NCBI GenBank assembly: GCA_949290785.1
Contig: CASETE010000011.1
Coordinates: 5,893-69,892 of the forward strand
Source: an uncultured Pseudomonadota bacterium
GTDB taxonomy: Bacteria; Pseudomonadota; Alphaproteobacteria; Rs-D84
DNA length: 64,000 nt
Reading direction: 5' to 3'
Below are positions 1-9,257 of the stretch, in pieces. The notes beneath the pieces were generated by a model, which was not told the DNA's origin, did not search any database, and was given only the letters and a program-made list of their open reading frames with translations. The position numbers were made by a program, and so were the translations under genes. The first letter of the stretch is position 1, and every line of letters begins with the position of its first letter.

Positions 1-1822
1 ACCTTGATTGCAAATCCAACGTATCGTTTTCTTCATTGAAAATATCGCCGTATTGTAAAGGATCAACCCACTTTTTAAGTGCCGAACGCATATTACCAGA
101 CGAAGAGAAACAACTTTCCCAAAGATTTTTCAACAACCTATCTTTGTTATCAAGATAATCAAAATTAACAGAAACCGCACGAGCAATTTCATCTGCTGAA
201 TTTGCATCAGTTTGACCTGAAATCATAGCCAACCAACGACGTAAGAAAGCGCGGTTTACTGCATTATCGGGCATTTTAAGCGGATTTAAATGCGTTTGAA
301 AATCTATGACAGACTTTTCTTTTTCTTTACCTTGCATGGTTATATATTTACCGCCAACGGATAAAGTAAATATTTCTGCCCCTTTGTTTCTATCAAAGAA
401 GAATGCCTTTAATTTTTTGTGACGTAAAGATTGTGCAATCAAGAACGAGAATAATGTAGTTTTACCGCCACCTGTTGGACCGATTGTTAACGTATGTCCC
501 ACAGCTGCGGGTTTATCAGAAACATGAAACTGGAATTGATACGGCGTTCCCTGTGCGGTTGGGAATATTACAAGCGGCCCTTGCCCCCAGTCACTGTTTG
601 TAACGCCGGTTGGTTGACTGGACATAGGTATACTGATTGCCGCGGTTCTGGATAACATTTTAAAACTGCGTGGAAAAACGTCAAAACCAGGCAATTGTGC
701 AAACCATGAAACTGTAGATGCGAACGTTTCTACAATCGGTGAAATACCGAATGAGGCAGAAATTTTCTTAAATTCATCAACATACTTTTGTAATTCTTCT
801 TGTGTTGCACCGAAGACTATAAACAATGGGTAATAATTAACAAGACTTTGATTACCAGAAATATTTTCATCCATTGCTGTTTGTGCCGCGGATATTTGTT
901 CTTCTGCTACATCATTATTTTTATCTGCCGTTGATATTCTTTGACGTATAGCCATTTCTACGTCCGCGCTGCCCATAATTTTAAAAGCATTCATACATAT
1001 CATTTCTGTTTGAATGGTAGAAACTGTATTGAAAAAATCTTCGTCCAGATAATCAGGCGACATTTTAAATGAAATCATCGATGCAAAAGATTGCTTTCCA
1101 CCGCTTATATACCTAACAACACCATCTTTTAAAAATTCTACATCATCAACAGTTGTTACGTTTGCAATATTTTGATCACACGCAATTGGTTCTGGTTTTG
1201 TAATTGGCGATAAAATGCGACCAAAAAACTTTGCCATATTATCATGTAAATTGTTACGTAAAAGTACCGGTCTGTATGCGGCCAATATAGATTCAATATA
1301 ATTACAATATTGATTTAGTTTATCTCTTGCATTATTACCAGACACAGATAAAACAACATAATAATTATTATTAAATATACGCAGACCTTGTTCTTGCCAT
1401 TTATCGTAAATTTTTTGTAAAACAGGTTGGTCAAATTCGTAATTTGTATTTTCATCTATTGCGTCACGCATCATATAAAAACGTAATATGACATTTTTAT
1501 CACGAATTTGGTTAAATAATTGAGCCCTCAAATCCAAAAATTTTTCTTTTGTTGCGTCGTCTTGCATACTTGTCTGAACGCCTGCAATTTTATAGACACG
1601 TAAAATACTGCCATCTGTCAAAGTCAAAGAATCATCGTTATAAACTGTACCAAAAGGCAAATATTGAGAATAATTCGCATAACCAAACTTAGGGAATATT
1701 CGGCGAGTTATGGCAGGTATATATAACATCAAAATGATAAATAAAAACACCACCGCCATAACTAATATTATGGTAGTGATAGGAAATCCAGCACCTGCAA
1801 AATAATTAAAAAAACTTGTCAT
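1..1822 (-). CDS. virB4: Type IV secretion system ATPase VirB4 (C-terminus beyond window edge; ~607 N-terminal codons present)
   Basis: Uninterrupted minus-strand reading frame from ATG at ~1822 to position 1 (not in ORF track because truncated). Walker A GPTGGGKTT at ~440-470. ATG overlaps the stop of the upstream VirB3-like ORF (classic virB3-virB4 coupling). Confidence 0.75.
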   Translation of the reverse strand, partial: MTSFFNYFAGAGFPITTIILVMAVVFLFIILMLYIPAITRRIFPKFGYANYSQYLPFGTVYNDDSLTLTDGSILRVYKIAGVQTSMQDDATKEKFLDLRAQLFNQIRDKNVILRFYMMRDAIDENTNYEFDQPVLQKIYDKWQEQGLRIFNNNYYVVLSVSGNNARDKLNQYCNYIESILAAYRPVLLRNNLHDNMAKFFGRILSPITKPEPIACDQNIANVTTVDDVEFLKDGVVRYISGGKQSFASMISFKMSPDYLDEDFFNTVSTIQTEMICMNAFKIMGSADVEMAIRQRISTADKNNDVAEEQISAAQTAMDENISGNQSLVNYYPLFIVFGATQEELQKYVDEFKKISASFGISPIVETFASTVSWFAQLPGFDVFPRSFKMLSRTAAISIPMSSQPTGVTNSDWGQGPLVIFPTAQGTPYQFQFHVSDKPAAVGHTLTIGPTGGGKTTLFSFLIAQSLRHKKLKAFFFDRNKGAEIFTLSVGGKYITMQGKEKEKSVIDFQTHLNPLKMPDNAVNRAFLRRWLAMISGQTDANSADEIARAVSVNFDYLDNKDRLLKNLWESCFSSSGNMRSALKKWVDPLQYGDIFNEENDTLDLQSR

Positions 1823-1823
1823 T

Positions 1824-2120
1824 TTATGCTGCTAATCTCCTTGGTATTCTTTTTTTTAATAAATACATTTTTGCAGAAATGATTTGTCCCAATTGCGGTT
1901 CTTTTTTTGAAAACCCCGCAAGAATTATATGAACAATACATACAGATATTAAAAAGAATAGCGGATTTATGTTAGAGCTTGCCCCATTTATGATTAAACC
2001 TATTACAAAAACAATTATGAATATAATGAATTGAACAGCAAAATTTAAAACGGCAACGGAATAAGGCACGTAAAAAATACGCGCTGGATTTGCTAATGCT
2101 TTTAATACTTGTTGCTTCAT
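1824..2120 (-). CDS. virB3: Type IV secretion system protein VirB3 (small inner-membrane protein)
   Basis: 98 aa, two hydrophobic segments. Immediately upstream of and overlapping virB4; size and topology typical of VirB3. Confidence 0.65.
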   Translation of the reverse strand: MKQQVLKALANPARIFYVPYSVAVLNFAVQFIIFIIVFVIGLIINGASSNINPLFFLISVCIVHIILAGFSKKEPQLGQIISAKMYLLKKRIPRRLAA

Positions 2121-2386
2121 TTTGAGATAAATCCTCTCTCGCTGTTCAAATTATAACAATTTCAACAGTTTTCAACAAGCATAAAAAACAAACATATTTT
2201 TTTGTTAAAAATGTTTAAAAAGTATATATTTTTTAACTGTTAATTATTTTTCTATTTTTTTAACACTTTTTTAAAAAATCCTAGAAAACCGGGAAAAAAT
2301 TGTTAAAAACTTGTTAATAAATAAATAAAAACCGTTTTCAACATATTTAACAGGCATAACAAAAACAACAAAAATATTAATAAATA

Positions 2387-2414
2387 TTTGATTTTTTAGA
2401 AAAAGCGTTTATAA
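2387..2414 (+). promoter_or_regulatory. sigma70-like promoter (TTGATT-16-TATAAT) upstream of the bL36 paralog
   Basis: Near-consensus -35/-10 hexamers about 25 nt upstream of the 2439 ATG. Confidence 0.35.
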
Positions 2415-2438
2415 TGACCAAGCAAAAAGGATTTAGAT

Positions 2439-2573
2439 ATGAAATTTTTAAGTTCATTAAAGGCTTGGAAAAAACGCGGTAATATAAAACAAATTCGTCG
2501 TGGTAAACAAGTTATTTTAATTGACCCAAGTAATCCTAAATTAAAGGCAAAACAGGGTTTTAAAAGAAAATAA
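2439..2573 (+). CDS. rpmJ: 50S ribosomal protein bL36, type 2 (C-minus, YkgO-like paralog), 44 aa
   Basis: Not in ORF track (<60 aa). Translation MKFLSSLKAWKKRGNIKQIRRGKQVILIDPSNPKLKAKQGFKRK aligns closely with E. coli YkgO/RpmJ2 ([46 protein letters not shown]). Confidence 0.7.
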   Translation: MKFLSSLKAWKKRGNIKQIRRGKQVILIDPSNPKLKAKQGFKRK

Positions 2574-2594
2574 ATATCATCTGGCTTTGTACAG

Positions 2595-2622
2595 GTTATT
2601 TTTAAGGTCCGATAAAATCGGA
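2595..2622. terminator. Intrinsic terminator hairpin (GTCCGAT-AAAA-ATCGGAC + T run); bidirectional between rpmJ and the SufD-like gene
   Basis: Perfect 7 bp stem followed by a T9 run directly after the rpmJ stop. Confidence 0.5.
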
Positions 2623-2629
2623 CTTTTTT

Positions 2630-3310
2630 TTAAAATAAAGAAAAATCGTTTAAAAAAGATTCTTTCATTACATTAATTGCTTCTTGTTGTGATAATCCTG
2701 ATTCACGCAAGTATTGTATTTGTATATTTGTCGGTTGAAAAATAGAAGCGCTATGGTCTGCTGTATCTGGAATAGCAGATATCTTTTGTGCCGGTGTAAA
2801 CTGCATTTTTGCTGTTTTGTCTGCTAATGCAGAAAACGTTATATTTGATTTTGTATTTATACAATTTTTATCAATAATTGCGGTTCCCGACATTTTTGAA
2901 ATAGAGTGTTCATTTGCTAATAATTTCGTATTTAAGAAAACTGTTGTGTCTGATTGCGTATGGTTTGCTGTACAGTTAAAATCCATATTGCTATTATTTT
3001 CTAGCATTATTTGGCCACGTAATTCAGAAAATTTGCCGGTGTTTTTGATAAAAATATTTAAAAAAGCCGGTTTTTTATTTTTTATTCTTAGACTCAGAAA
3101 CACCTTTTGATTTTCGGCAGATATGTTTATATCAAGGTCATTTTGATTTTCGATTTCGCCGACGTATATAATATGTATTGGTAATTTATATTTTTTTTCT
3201 ATATTTGTGCTTTTTATGGTTGATAATTCCGGACAAAAGCATCCATCTTGGAAAACAATAGTTTCCGCTGGAAAGGTTTTTATATTGAATTTTTCCCACA
3301 TGTATGACAT
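2630..3310 (-). CDS. SufD/SufB-family Fe-S cluster assembly protein, short orphan form
   Basis: C-terminal QIQYLRESGLSQQEAINVMKESF matches the conserved SufB/SufD C-terminal motif (EEQLFYLRSRGI..EA..MI..F). Only ~226 aa and no adjacent sufBC. Start chosen at MSYMWEKF to avoid overlapping divergent ychF. Confidence 0.4.
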   Translation of the reverse strand: MSYMWEKFNIKTFPAETIVFQDGCFCPELSTIKSTNIEKKYKLPIHIIYVGEIENQNDLDINISAENQKVFLSLRIKNKKPAFLNIFIKNTGKFSELRGQIMLENNSNMDFNCTANHTQSDTTVFLNTKLLANEHSISKMSGTAIIDKNCINTKSNITFSALADKTAKMQFTPAQKISAIPDTADHSASIFQPTNIQIQYLRESGLSQQEAINVMKESFLNDFSLF

Positions 3311-3338
3311 ATTGCTATATATTATAAAGGAAATATAA

Positions 3339-4418
3339 ATGGGATTCAATTGCGGAATTGTCGGATTACCAAACGTTGGTAAATCTACATTATTTAATGC
3401 GTTAACACAAAGTGCCGCGGCAGATGCGCAAAATTATCCTTTTTGTACTATTGAGCCGAATACAGGTCGCGTCGTTGTACCGGATATAACCTTGCATAAG
3501 TTAGCAGAAGTTGCAAATTCACAAAAAATTATACCGACGCAACTGGAAATTGTTGATATTGCGGGTTTGGTTAAAGGGGCATCAAGTGGCGAAGGGCTTG
3601 GTAATAAATTTTTAGGCAACATTTTATCTACGGATGCAATAATTCACGTTGTTAGATGTTTTGAAAACGATGATATTGTCCATGTAAACGGTCGCATAGA
3701 CCCACTTTCTGATATTGACACGATTGAAACTGAATTAATGTTGGCTGATTTAGAAAGCCTTGATAAGCAGATAAAGAACCTTGAAAAAAAAGCGCATGGT
3801 TTGGATAAAGTTGCTATCAAATTACTTGCGGATGCAAAGGTAATTCGCGATGGGCTTGCAACAGGTACTCCTGCCAGAATGCAAGAAGTAGATACTGCGC
3901 CGTTTAATTTATTAACGGCAAAACCGGTTATATATGTATGTAACGTAGAGGAATCGGCGGCGGCAAATGGTAATAAGTATTCAGATATGGTTCGCGACAA
4001 ATTTGGTAAAATTGCGCCTGTTCTTGTAATTTCATCAAAAATAGAAATGGAGATTTCACAAATAGTTGATCCCGCAGAAAGAAAAATGTTTCTTGATGAT
4101 TTAGGATTAACAGAATCCGGTTTGGATAAAGTTATAAGAACTGGATACGATACTTTGGGGTTACAAACTTTTTATACGGTTGGTCCAAAGGAAGCACATG
4201 CTTGGACGATAACGAAAGGCATGACAGCTCCGCAGGCGGCGGGTAAAATACATACCGATTTTGAAAAGGGTTTCATTCGTGCAGAGATAATATCTCCGTC
4301 AGATTTTATTGCGCTTGGTGGGGAAGTTGCGGTAAAAGAAGCCGGTAAAATGCGTCTTGTCGGCAAAGAATACATTATGCAAGAAGGTGATATTTGTCAT
4401 TTCTTATTTAATAATTAA
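3339..4418 (+). CDS. ychF: Ribosome-binding ATPase YchF (Obg-family GTPase)
   Basis: N-terminal GIVGLPNVGKSTLFNALT G1 motif; 359 aa; C-terminal TGS domain. Confidence 0.9.
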   Translation: MGFNCGIVGLPNVGKSTLFNALTQSAAADAQNYPFCTIEPNTGRVVVPDITLHKLAEVANSQKIIPTQLEIVDIAGLVKGASSGEGLGNKFLGNILSTDAIIHVVRCFENDDIVHVNGRIDPLSDIDTIETELMLADLESLDKQIKNLEKKAHGLDKVAIKLLADAKVIRDGLATGTPARMQEVDTAPFNLLTAKPVIYVCNVEESAAANGNKYSDMVRDKFGKIAPVLVISSKIEMEISQIVDPAERKMFLDDLGLTESGLDKVIRTGYDTLGLQTFYTVGPKEAHAWTITKGMTAPQAAGKIHTDFEKGFIRAEIISPSDFIALGGEVAVKEAGKMRLVGKEYIMQEGDICHFLFNN

Positions 4419-4429
4419 AGGGTATAAAA

Positions 4430-5314
4430 ATGATACATGTTCTATTTTCAGCGTCAAAAAATATAACCAGTTGGTTATCTGTTGCGATTATAAGTATGGC
4501 CGAAAATACGAACAGTAAAGTAACACTGCATATTATAGATAACGGCATAACGAATCTTGATAGAAAAATAATAGAAGATATATGTGTAAAATATAAGCAC
4601 CTTAGTAAACCTAAATGGTATTTTATTGATATAAACAAAGAGTTTTCTGGTTGTGCAAGTTGGACTGGTGGGCTTGATACATGGTCTCGGTATCTTGCCC
4701 CAAATTTGATAAAAAACATTGATAAAATAATTTATCTAGATAGTGACATTATTTTTACAGGCGACATACAAAGAATATGGGATATTGATTTAGAAGGTTT
4801 TCCGCTGGCGGTTGTTCCGGAAATATTTATGGGCGCGGATTATATGACTGATAAATTAAAATATTACAGAGATGTACTTCATTTCTCGCAAAAGAATTTA
4901 TCTTTTTCTGTCAGTACAATCATATTTGATTTAAAAAAATGGCGTTCGGAAAAATATACAGAAAAGTTAAAACAAATAGGTATTAAATATGGCGAAGAAA
5001 TTGCTGGGGCCCCAGATCAATATGCAATGAATATGTTATTTGCTGATAATTATAAAGCGATTGATACCGCATTGGTACCTACTACTTTTGATGTGGAATG
5101 GTTTGAATCTGTTCAAAAAGACAGGTTTTCAGAAATGCAAAATCAAATGGTGATAAGACAATTTAATATATTAAAGCCGTGGTCTGAATACTTAATAAAC
5201 AATCGTCCGATGTTACATTTTGAGTTATTTTGGTATTATGCGCAAAAAACGCCCTTTGCAGATTATTTCAAGGTTAAATTTATGATATCAATGTATGAAA
5301 AGTTAAAAAAATAA
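4430..5314 (+). CDS. Glycosyltransferase family 8 (RfaJ/WaaJ-like, retaining GT-A)
   Basis: DxD motif in YLDSDIIFTGDIQRIWDIDL; overall GT8 layout; 294 aa. Confidence 0.65.
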   Translation: MIHVLFSASKNITSWLSVAIISMAENTNSKVTLHIIDNGITNLDRKIIEDICVKYKHLSKPKWYFIDINKEFSGCASWTGGLDTWSRYLAPNLIKNIDKIIYLDSDIIFTGDIQRIWDIDLEGFPLAVVPEIFMGADYMTDKLKYYRDVLHFSQKNLSFSVSTIIFDLKKWRSEKYTEKLKQIGIKYGEEIAGAPDQYAMNMLFADNYKAIDTALVPTTFDVEWFESVQKDRFSEMQNQMVIRQFNILKPWSEYLINNRPMLHFELFWYYAQKTPFADYFKVKFMISMYEKLKK

Positions 5315-5364
5315 TGAATAAAAATACCGGCTTTTTTGATAAAAATGTTTAAAAAAGCCGGGTT

Positions 5365-6984
5365 TTATAACATTGTAATTGTGTCCAGTTTATCGGTATA
5401 TTTTTGAATTTCTGCATCAATATTTTTTATTTCATCGCCTGCTTTTTCATCGCCGGAAATAAATGCAGAAAATAACTCTTTCTTTTTTATATTCAGCGAT
5501 TCGAGATATTTTTGTATTTTTAATGAAACGATATATTTTTCGGCCGATTTTTCATCTAAATTCATATCTGATGCATCACCGTCAAAACCGACATTCAATG
5601 TTGCTAAAAATTCTGCATACCTTTCCGCCAGTTCTGGATATTTATTTATAATGAATATTAAAGTATTTTTAGTGATAGTGTCTATTTGTGGTAATTCTAT
5701 ATTTGTTTGTTTTGAATCTGATTTTTTCCATTTGTGCCAAGAATTGAATTTTCTGGAATTATATTCTTGTTCATATTCAGCGCGCAAAGAAACGTCGGTT
5801 ATTTTATCGGTTTTTTGCTTCAAGAATTTTTCTGCCTGTGCACGTCCGCCTGGCGTAGAGACTAAAAAAGATTCGTTAGTAAGTTTCCATAAAAAGTCAA
5901 CAAGTGGTGTTGCATTGTCTATTATTTTACGCATGGCATCGGCGCCAGATTTTTTTAGAATTTCATCTGGATCTTTACCGCCAGTAACAAAAGCAAATCG
6001 TACATCAGAATTATCGCGTAAAAACGGCATTACTATATCACATGCTCTACCCGCTGCTTTTTGTCCTGCATTATCACCGTCAAAGCAGAATATAATATTT
6101 CTATTTGATTTACATAAAATAGCAATGTGATCTTCTGTCAGTGCAGTACCAAGCGGGGCAACGGTTTCAGGAAAACCATTTGATTGCATTTGAATTGCAT
6201 CAATTTGCCCTTCTACAACGATACTTCTATTTGACCGATGAATTGCGTCGCGCGCAAAATTTAATCCAAAAATAGTTTTTCTTTTATGAAACATTTCGGT
6301 ATCTGATGTGTTTATATATTTTGGTTCAGAACCGTCCATACTACGCCCTGAAAACGCAACAACTTGTCCGTGTACGTTGAATATAGGAAACATTAATTTA
6401 TCACGGAAAAAGTCATATATGCCATAATCACCGCGCCTACATAAACCAGTAGATAATAATGTTTCTTGTTTTATGTTTACAAATTTATTGGCGATGAAAT
6501 TATTTTTAGGCGCATATCCTATACGATATTTTTTTATCATTTCATCAGAAAAACCGCGTCCGCGAATATATTCCAATGCACTTTGACCGTCACTTTCAAA
6601 TAATTTTTTTTGATAAATTTGTGTTGCTTGTTCTGTTATTTGAAAATAGTTTTCTTCCCTGGCAACTTGTTCTGCCGATTTCGGTTTATATTCAGGCATT
6701 TTTATACCTGCCTGATTTGCTAATTCTTTTAAAGCATCCACGAAGTCCATATTATTAGATTTCATGGTAAAAGAAATTATGTCACCGTGTTCACCGCATC
6801 CGAAACAATGATAAAATCCTTTTTCTTCGTTTACAGAAAAACTGGGTGTTTTTTCATTATGAAAAGGACAGCACCCCCAATAATTTTGACCTTTCTTAAC
6901 AAGCGGAACGCGGCGCCCTACTACATCAACGATAGATAAACGGGTTCTAAGTTCGTCTGTAAAATTACGGTCATATCCTGCCAT
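5365..6984 (-). CDS. dnaG: DNA primase DnaG
   Basis: Zinc-ribbon CCPFHNEKTPSFSV..CFGCGEHGD, TOPRIM region; 539 aa. Confidence 0.9.
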   Translation of the reverse strand: MAGYDRNFTDELRTRLSIVDVVGRRVPLVKKGQNYWGCCPFHNEKTPSFSVNEEKGFYHCFGCGEHGDIISFTMKSNNMDFVDALKELANQAGIKMPEYKPKSAEQVAREENYFQITEQATQIYQKKLFESDGQSALEYIRGRGFSDEMIKKYRIGYAPKNNFIANKFVNIKQETLLSTGLCRRGDYGIYDFFRDKLMFPIFNVHGQVVAFSGRSMDGSEPKYINTSDTEMFHKRKTIFGLNFARDAIHRSNRSIVVEGQIDAIQMQSNGFPETVAPLGTALTEDHIAILCKSNRNIIFCFDGDNAGQKAAGRACDIVMPFLRDNSDVRFAFVTGGKDPDEILKKSGADAMRKIIDNATPLVDFLWKLTNESFLVSTPGGRAQAEKFLKQKTDKITDVSLRAEYEQEYNSRKFNSWHKWKKSDSKQTNIELPQIDTITKNTLIFIINKYPELAERYAEFLATLNVGFDGDASDMNLDEKSAEKYIVSLKIQKYLESLNIKKKELFSAFISGDEKAGDEIKNIDAEIQKYTDKLDTITML

Positions 6985-9254
6985 TATTTTTTTACGGTCT
7001 TTTTAAATTTAGTTGACGGTTTTTTGTTATTTATCAGTTCGATTGCTGTTTCTAAATCTGGTTGTGATTTCACGGATACATTTACTTTATTAGAAGATAT
7101 ATATGCACCATATCGTCCTGTTGGGTAATAATAAATCATTTTATCTGTTTCAGGGTTTTTACCAATTTCAACAGGTTCAGACTTTTTTGATTCGTTTTTT
7201 AATAGTTCTTTCGCTATATCCAAAGTAATTGTTTCAGACGTATATTTTTTTGCGGCGACATTTTTTGTACCGTCTGTAACATAAGGTCCAAAACGCCCAA
7301 TACGGAAAGAAATACCATCACCTAATTCTATTGAATTAGATTTTTGTTTTTCGGTTTTCGTGTCATCTGATTTTACGTCTGCTTCTGCGTCTGTAATATC
7401 TAGTTTTTTCGTATAATTACATTTCGGATAATTTACGCATCCTATAAAAGGCCCGAACTTTGATAATTTAATTCCTAAATCCCCACCGCATTTTGGACAT
7501 TTATTGTTACCAATATATAGTAAATGTTCGTGCATCAGTTCATTTATCGCATCAATAATTTCCGCGGTTTTAACGTCTTTTGCACCGTTAATCATATTTT
7601 CTGTCGGAGACCAGAAATCCCGCAAAGCATCTAATTTGTTTTGTTTTCCGTTTGACACGTCGTCCAATGTGTCTTCTGTTTTTGCGGTAAAGTTTACATC
7701 AACCAGGTCTTTAAAATATTTAGACAGATAAGAAGCGATAACCCAACCACCTGATGTAGGATGAAATCTACGTTGTTTATCTTGCTGGACATATTTTCTG
7801 TCTACGATAGTTGACATAATAGTCGCATAAGTAGACGGGCGCCCTATTCCAAGTTCTTCCAGTTTTTTTACCAGTGATGCTTCTGTATATCTTGCCGGTG
7901 GTTGCGTAAAGTGTTGCTCGGGCTCCAGTCTTGTTATAAGGATATCGTCACCGACAGACAACGGCGGTAATTTAGATTCATTATTTTCTTCTGCATCATC
8001 TTTATCTTCGGTGTATACACGCATAAAGCCATCAAAAGTTCTGGTTGTACCAACAGCGTGAAAAACGGCACGTTTATTTTCCGTTTCCATATCTGCGGAT
8101 ACACTATCAAATTCAGCGTTCGTCATTTGACAGGCAATTGTTCTTTTCCAGATTAAGTCATATAATTTTGCTTCATCACCGGACAGTTTGTGTTCGTTTG
8201 TATCAAAGTGAGTTGGTCTAATTGCTTCGTGTGCTTCCTGTGCGTTTTTGGATTTAGTCACATATACGTTTGGTGACTTGGGAACAAATTTTTCGCCATA
8301 CGCATTTTGAATATAGTTACGAATATCGTTTACCGCTTCTGCCGACAAGTTAGTCGCATCAGTACGCATGTAAGTAATCATACCTTGTTCGTATAATTTT
8401 TGCGCTGTTGCCATCGTGCGTTTTGAAGAAAAATAAAGTTTTCTTGCGGCTTCTTGTTGCAGCGTACTTGTCGTGAATGGCGCCGCCGCCCGCCGAGAAG
8501 TCTTCTTTTTATCCAAAGAAATAACTTTTGCATTTATTATGGGGCTGCCTATTCCAGATAAAATATCGTCTACCTGCGCTTTATTTTCTATTGTCATCTT
8601 TTCAATTTTTTTTGAATCAAATTGAGAAAGATTGGCGGAAAAGACAAAATCGTTTTTATCGCATTCGGCAGATATAGACCAGTATTCAACAGGTTTGAAC
8701 GCTTCTATTTCGCGTTCTCTATCAACGACCAATTTAACAGCGACTGATTGTACGCGCCCGGCAGATTTACCAAGATTTCTGCGCCATAGCAACGGTGATA
8801 TGCTAAAACCAATCAAATAATCTAATGCGCGACGAACAAGATACGCATCAACTAAATCGTTATCTATTTCGCGCGGATGTGCAATTGCTTCTTGTACGGC
8901 TTTTTTCGTAATTTCATGGAAAGCAACACGGTAAACTTTTTTACCGTCTAAAACCTTTTTTGATTTTAAAATATCAAGAATGTGCCATGCAATGGCTTCT
9001 CCTTCTCTATCCGGGTCAGAAGCCAAATAAACAGCATCTGCCTTTTTTATTTCATCTGTAATAAGTTTTATTTGCTTTTCTTTCCCGGGCATTATCTGCC
9101 AGCGCATAGCAAAATCTTTATCTGGGTCAACGCTGCCGTTTTCCGGAACAAGATCGCGAACATGTCCAACAGAAGCAATAACACGCCAGCCACTGCCAAG
9201 GTATTTTTCAATTGTTTTTGCTTTTGAAGGTGATTCCACGATAAGTAAATTCAT
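6984..9254 (-). CDS. topA: DNA topoisomerase I
   Basis: TOPRIM N-terminus MNLLIVESPSKAKTIEKYLG; C-terminal Zn-ribbon repeats; 756 aa. Confidence 0.9.
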   Translation of the reverse strand: MNLLIVESPSKAKTIEKYLGSGWRVIASVGHVRDLVPENGSVDPDKDFAMRWQIMPGKEKQIKLITDEIKKADAVYLASDPDREGEAIAWHILDILKSKKVLDGKKVYRVAFHEITKKAVQEAIAHPREIDNDLVDAYLVRRALDYLIGFSISPLLWRRNLGKSAGRVQSVAVKLVVDREREIEAFKPVEYWSISAECDKNDFVFSANLSQFDSKKIEKMTIENKAQVDDILSGIGSPIINAKVISLDKKKTSRRAAAPFTTSTLQQEAARKLYFSSKRTMATAQKLYEQGMITYMRTDATNLSAEAVNDIRNYIQNAYGEKFVPKSPNVYVTKSKNAQEAHEAIRPTHFDTNEHKLSGDEAKLYDLIWKRTIACQMTNAEFDSVSADMETENKRAVFHAVGTTRTFDGFMRVYTEDKDDAEENNESKLPPLSVGDDILITRLEPEQHFTQPPARYTEASLVKKLEELGIGRPSTYATIMSTIVDRKYVQQDKQRRFHPTSGGWVIASYLSKYFKDLVDVNFTAKTEDTLDDVSNGKQNKLDALRDFWSPTENMINGAKDVKTAEIIDAINELMHEHLLYIGNNKCPKCGGDLGIKLSKFGPFIGCVNYPKCNYTKKLDITDAEADVKSDDTKTEKQKSNSIELGDGISFRIGRFGPYVTDGTKNVAAKKYTSETITLDIAKELLKNESKKSEPVEIGKNPETDKMIYYYPTGRYGAYISSNKVNVSVKSQPDLETAIELINNKKPSTKFKKTVKK

Positions 9255-9257
9255 TTT

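Noticed and set aside
5463-6130. Plus-strand ORFs inside dnaG (5463-5651, 5651-6130) and similar antisense ORFs inside topA, mrdA, pheT, ileS, mnmG, metG, accC, mutS, pnp, lptD
   Set aside because: They are embedded antisense or out of frame within strongly supported long genes, with no independent signals; typical shadow ORFs.
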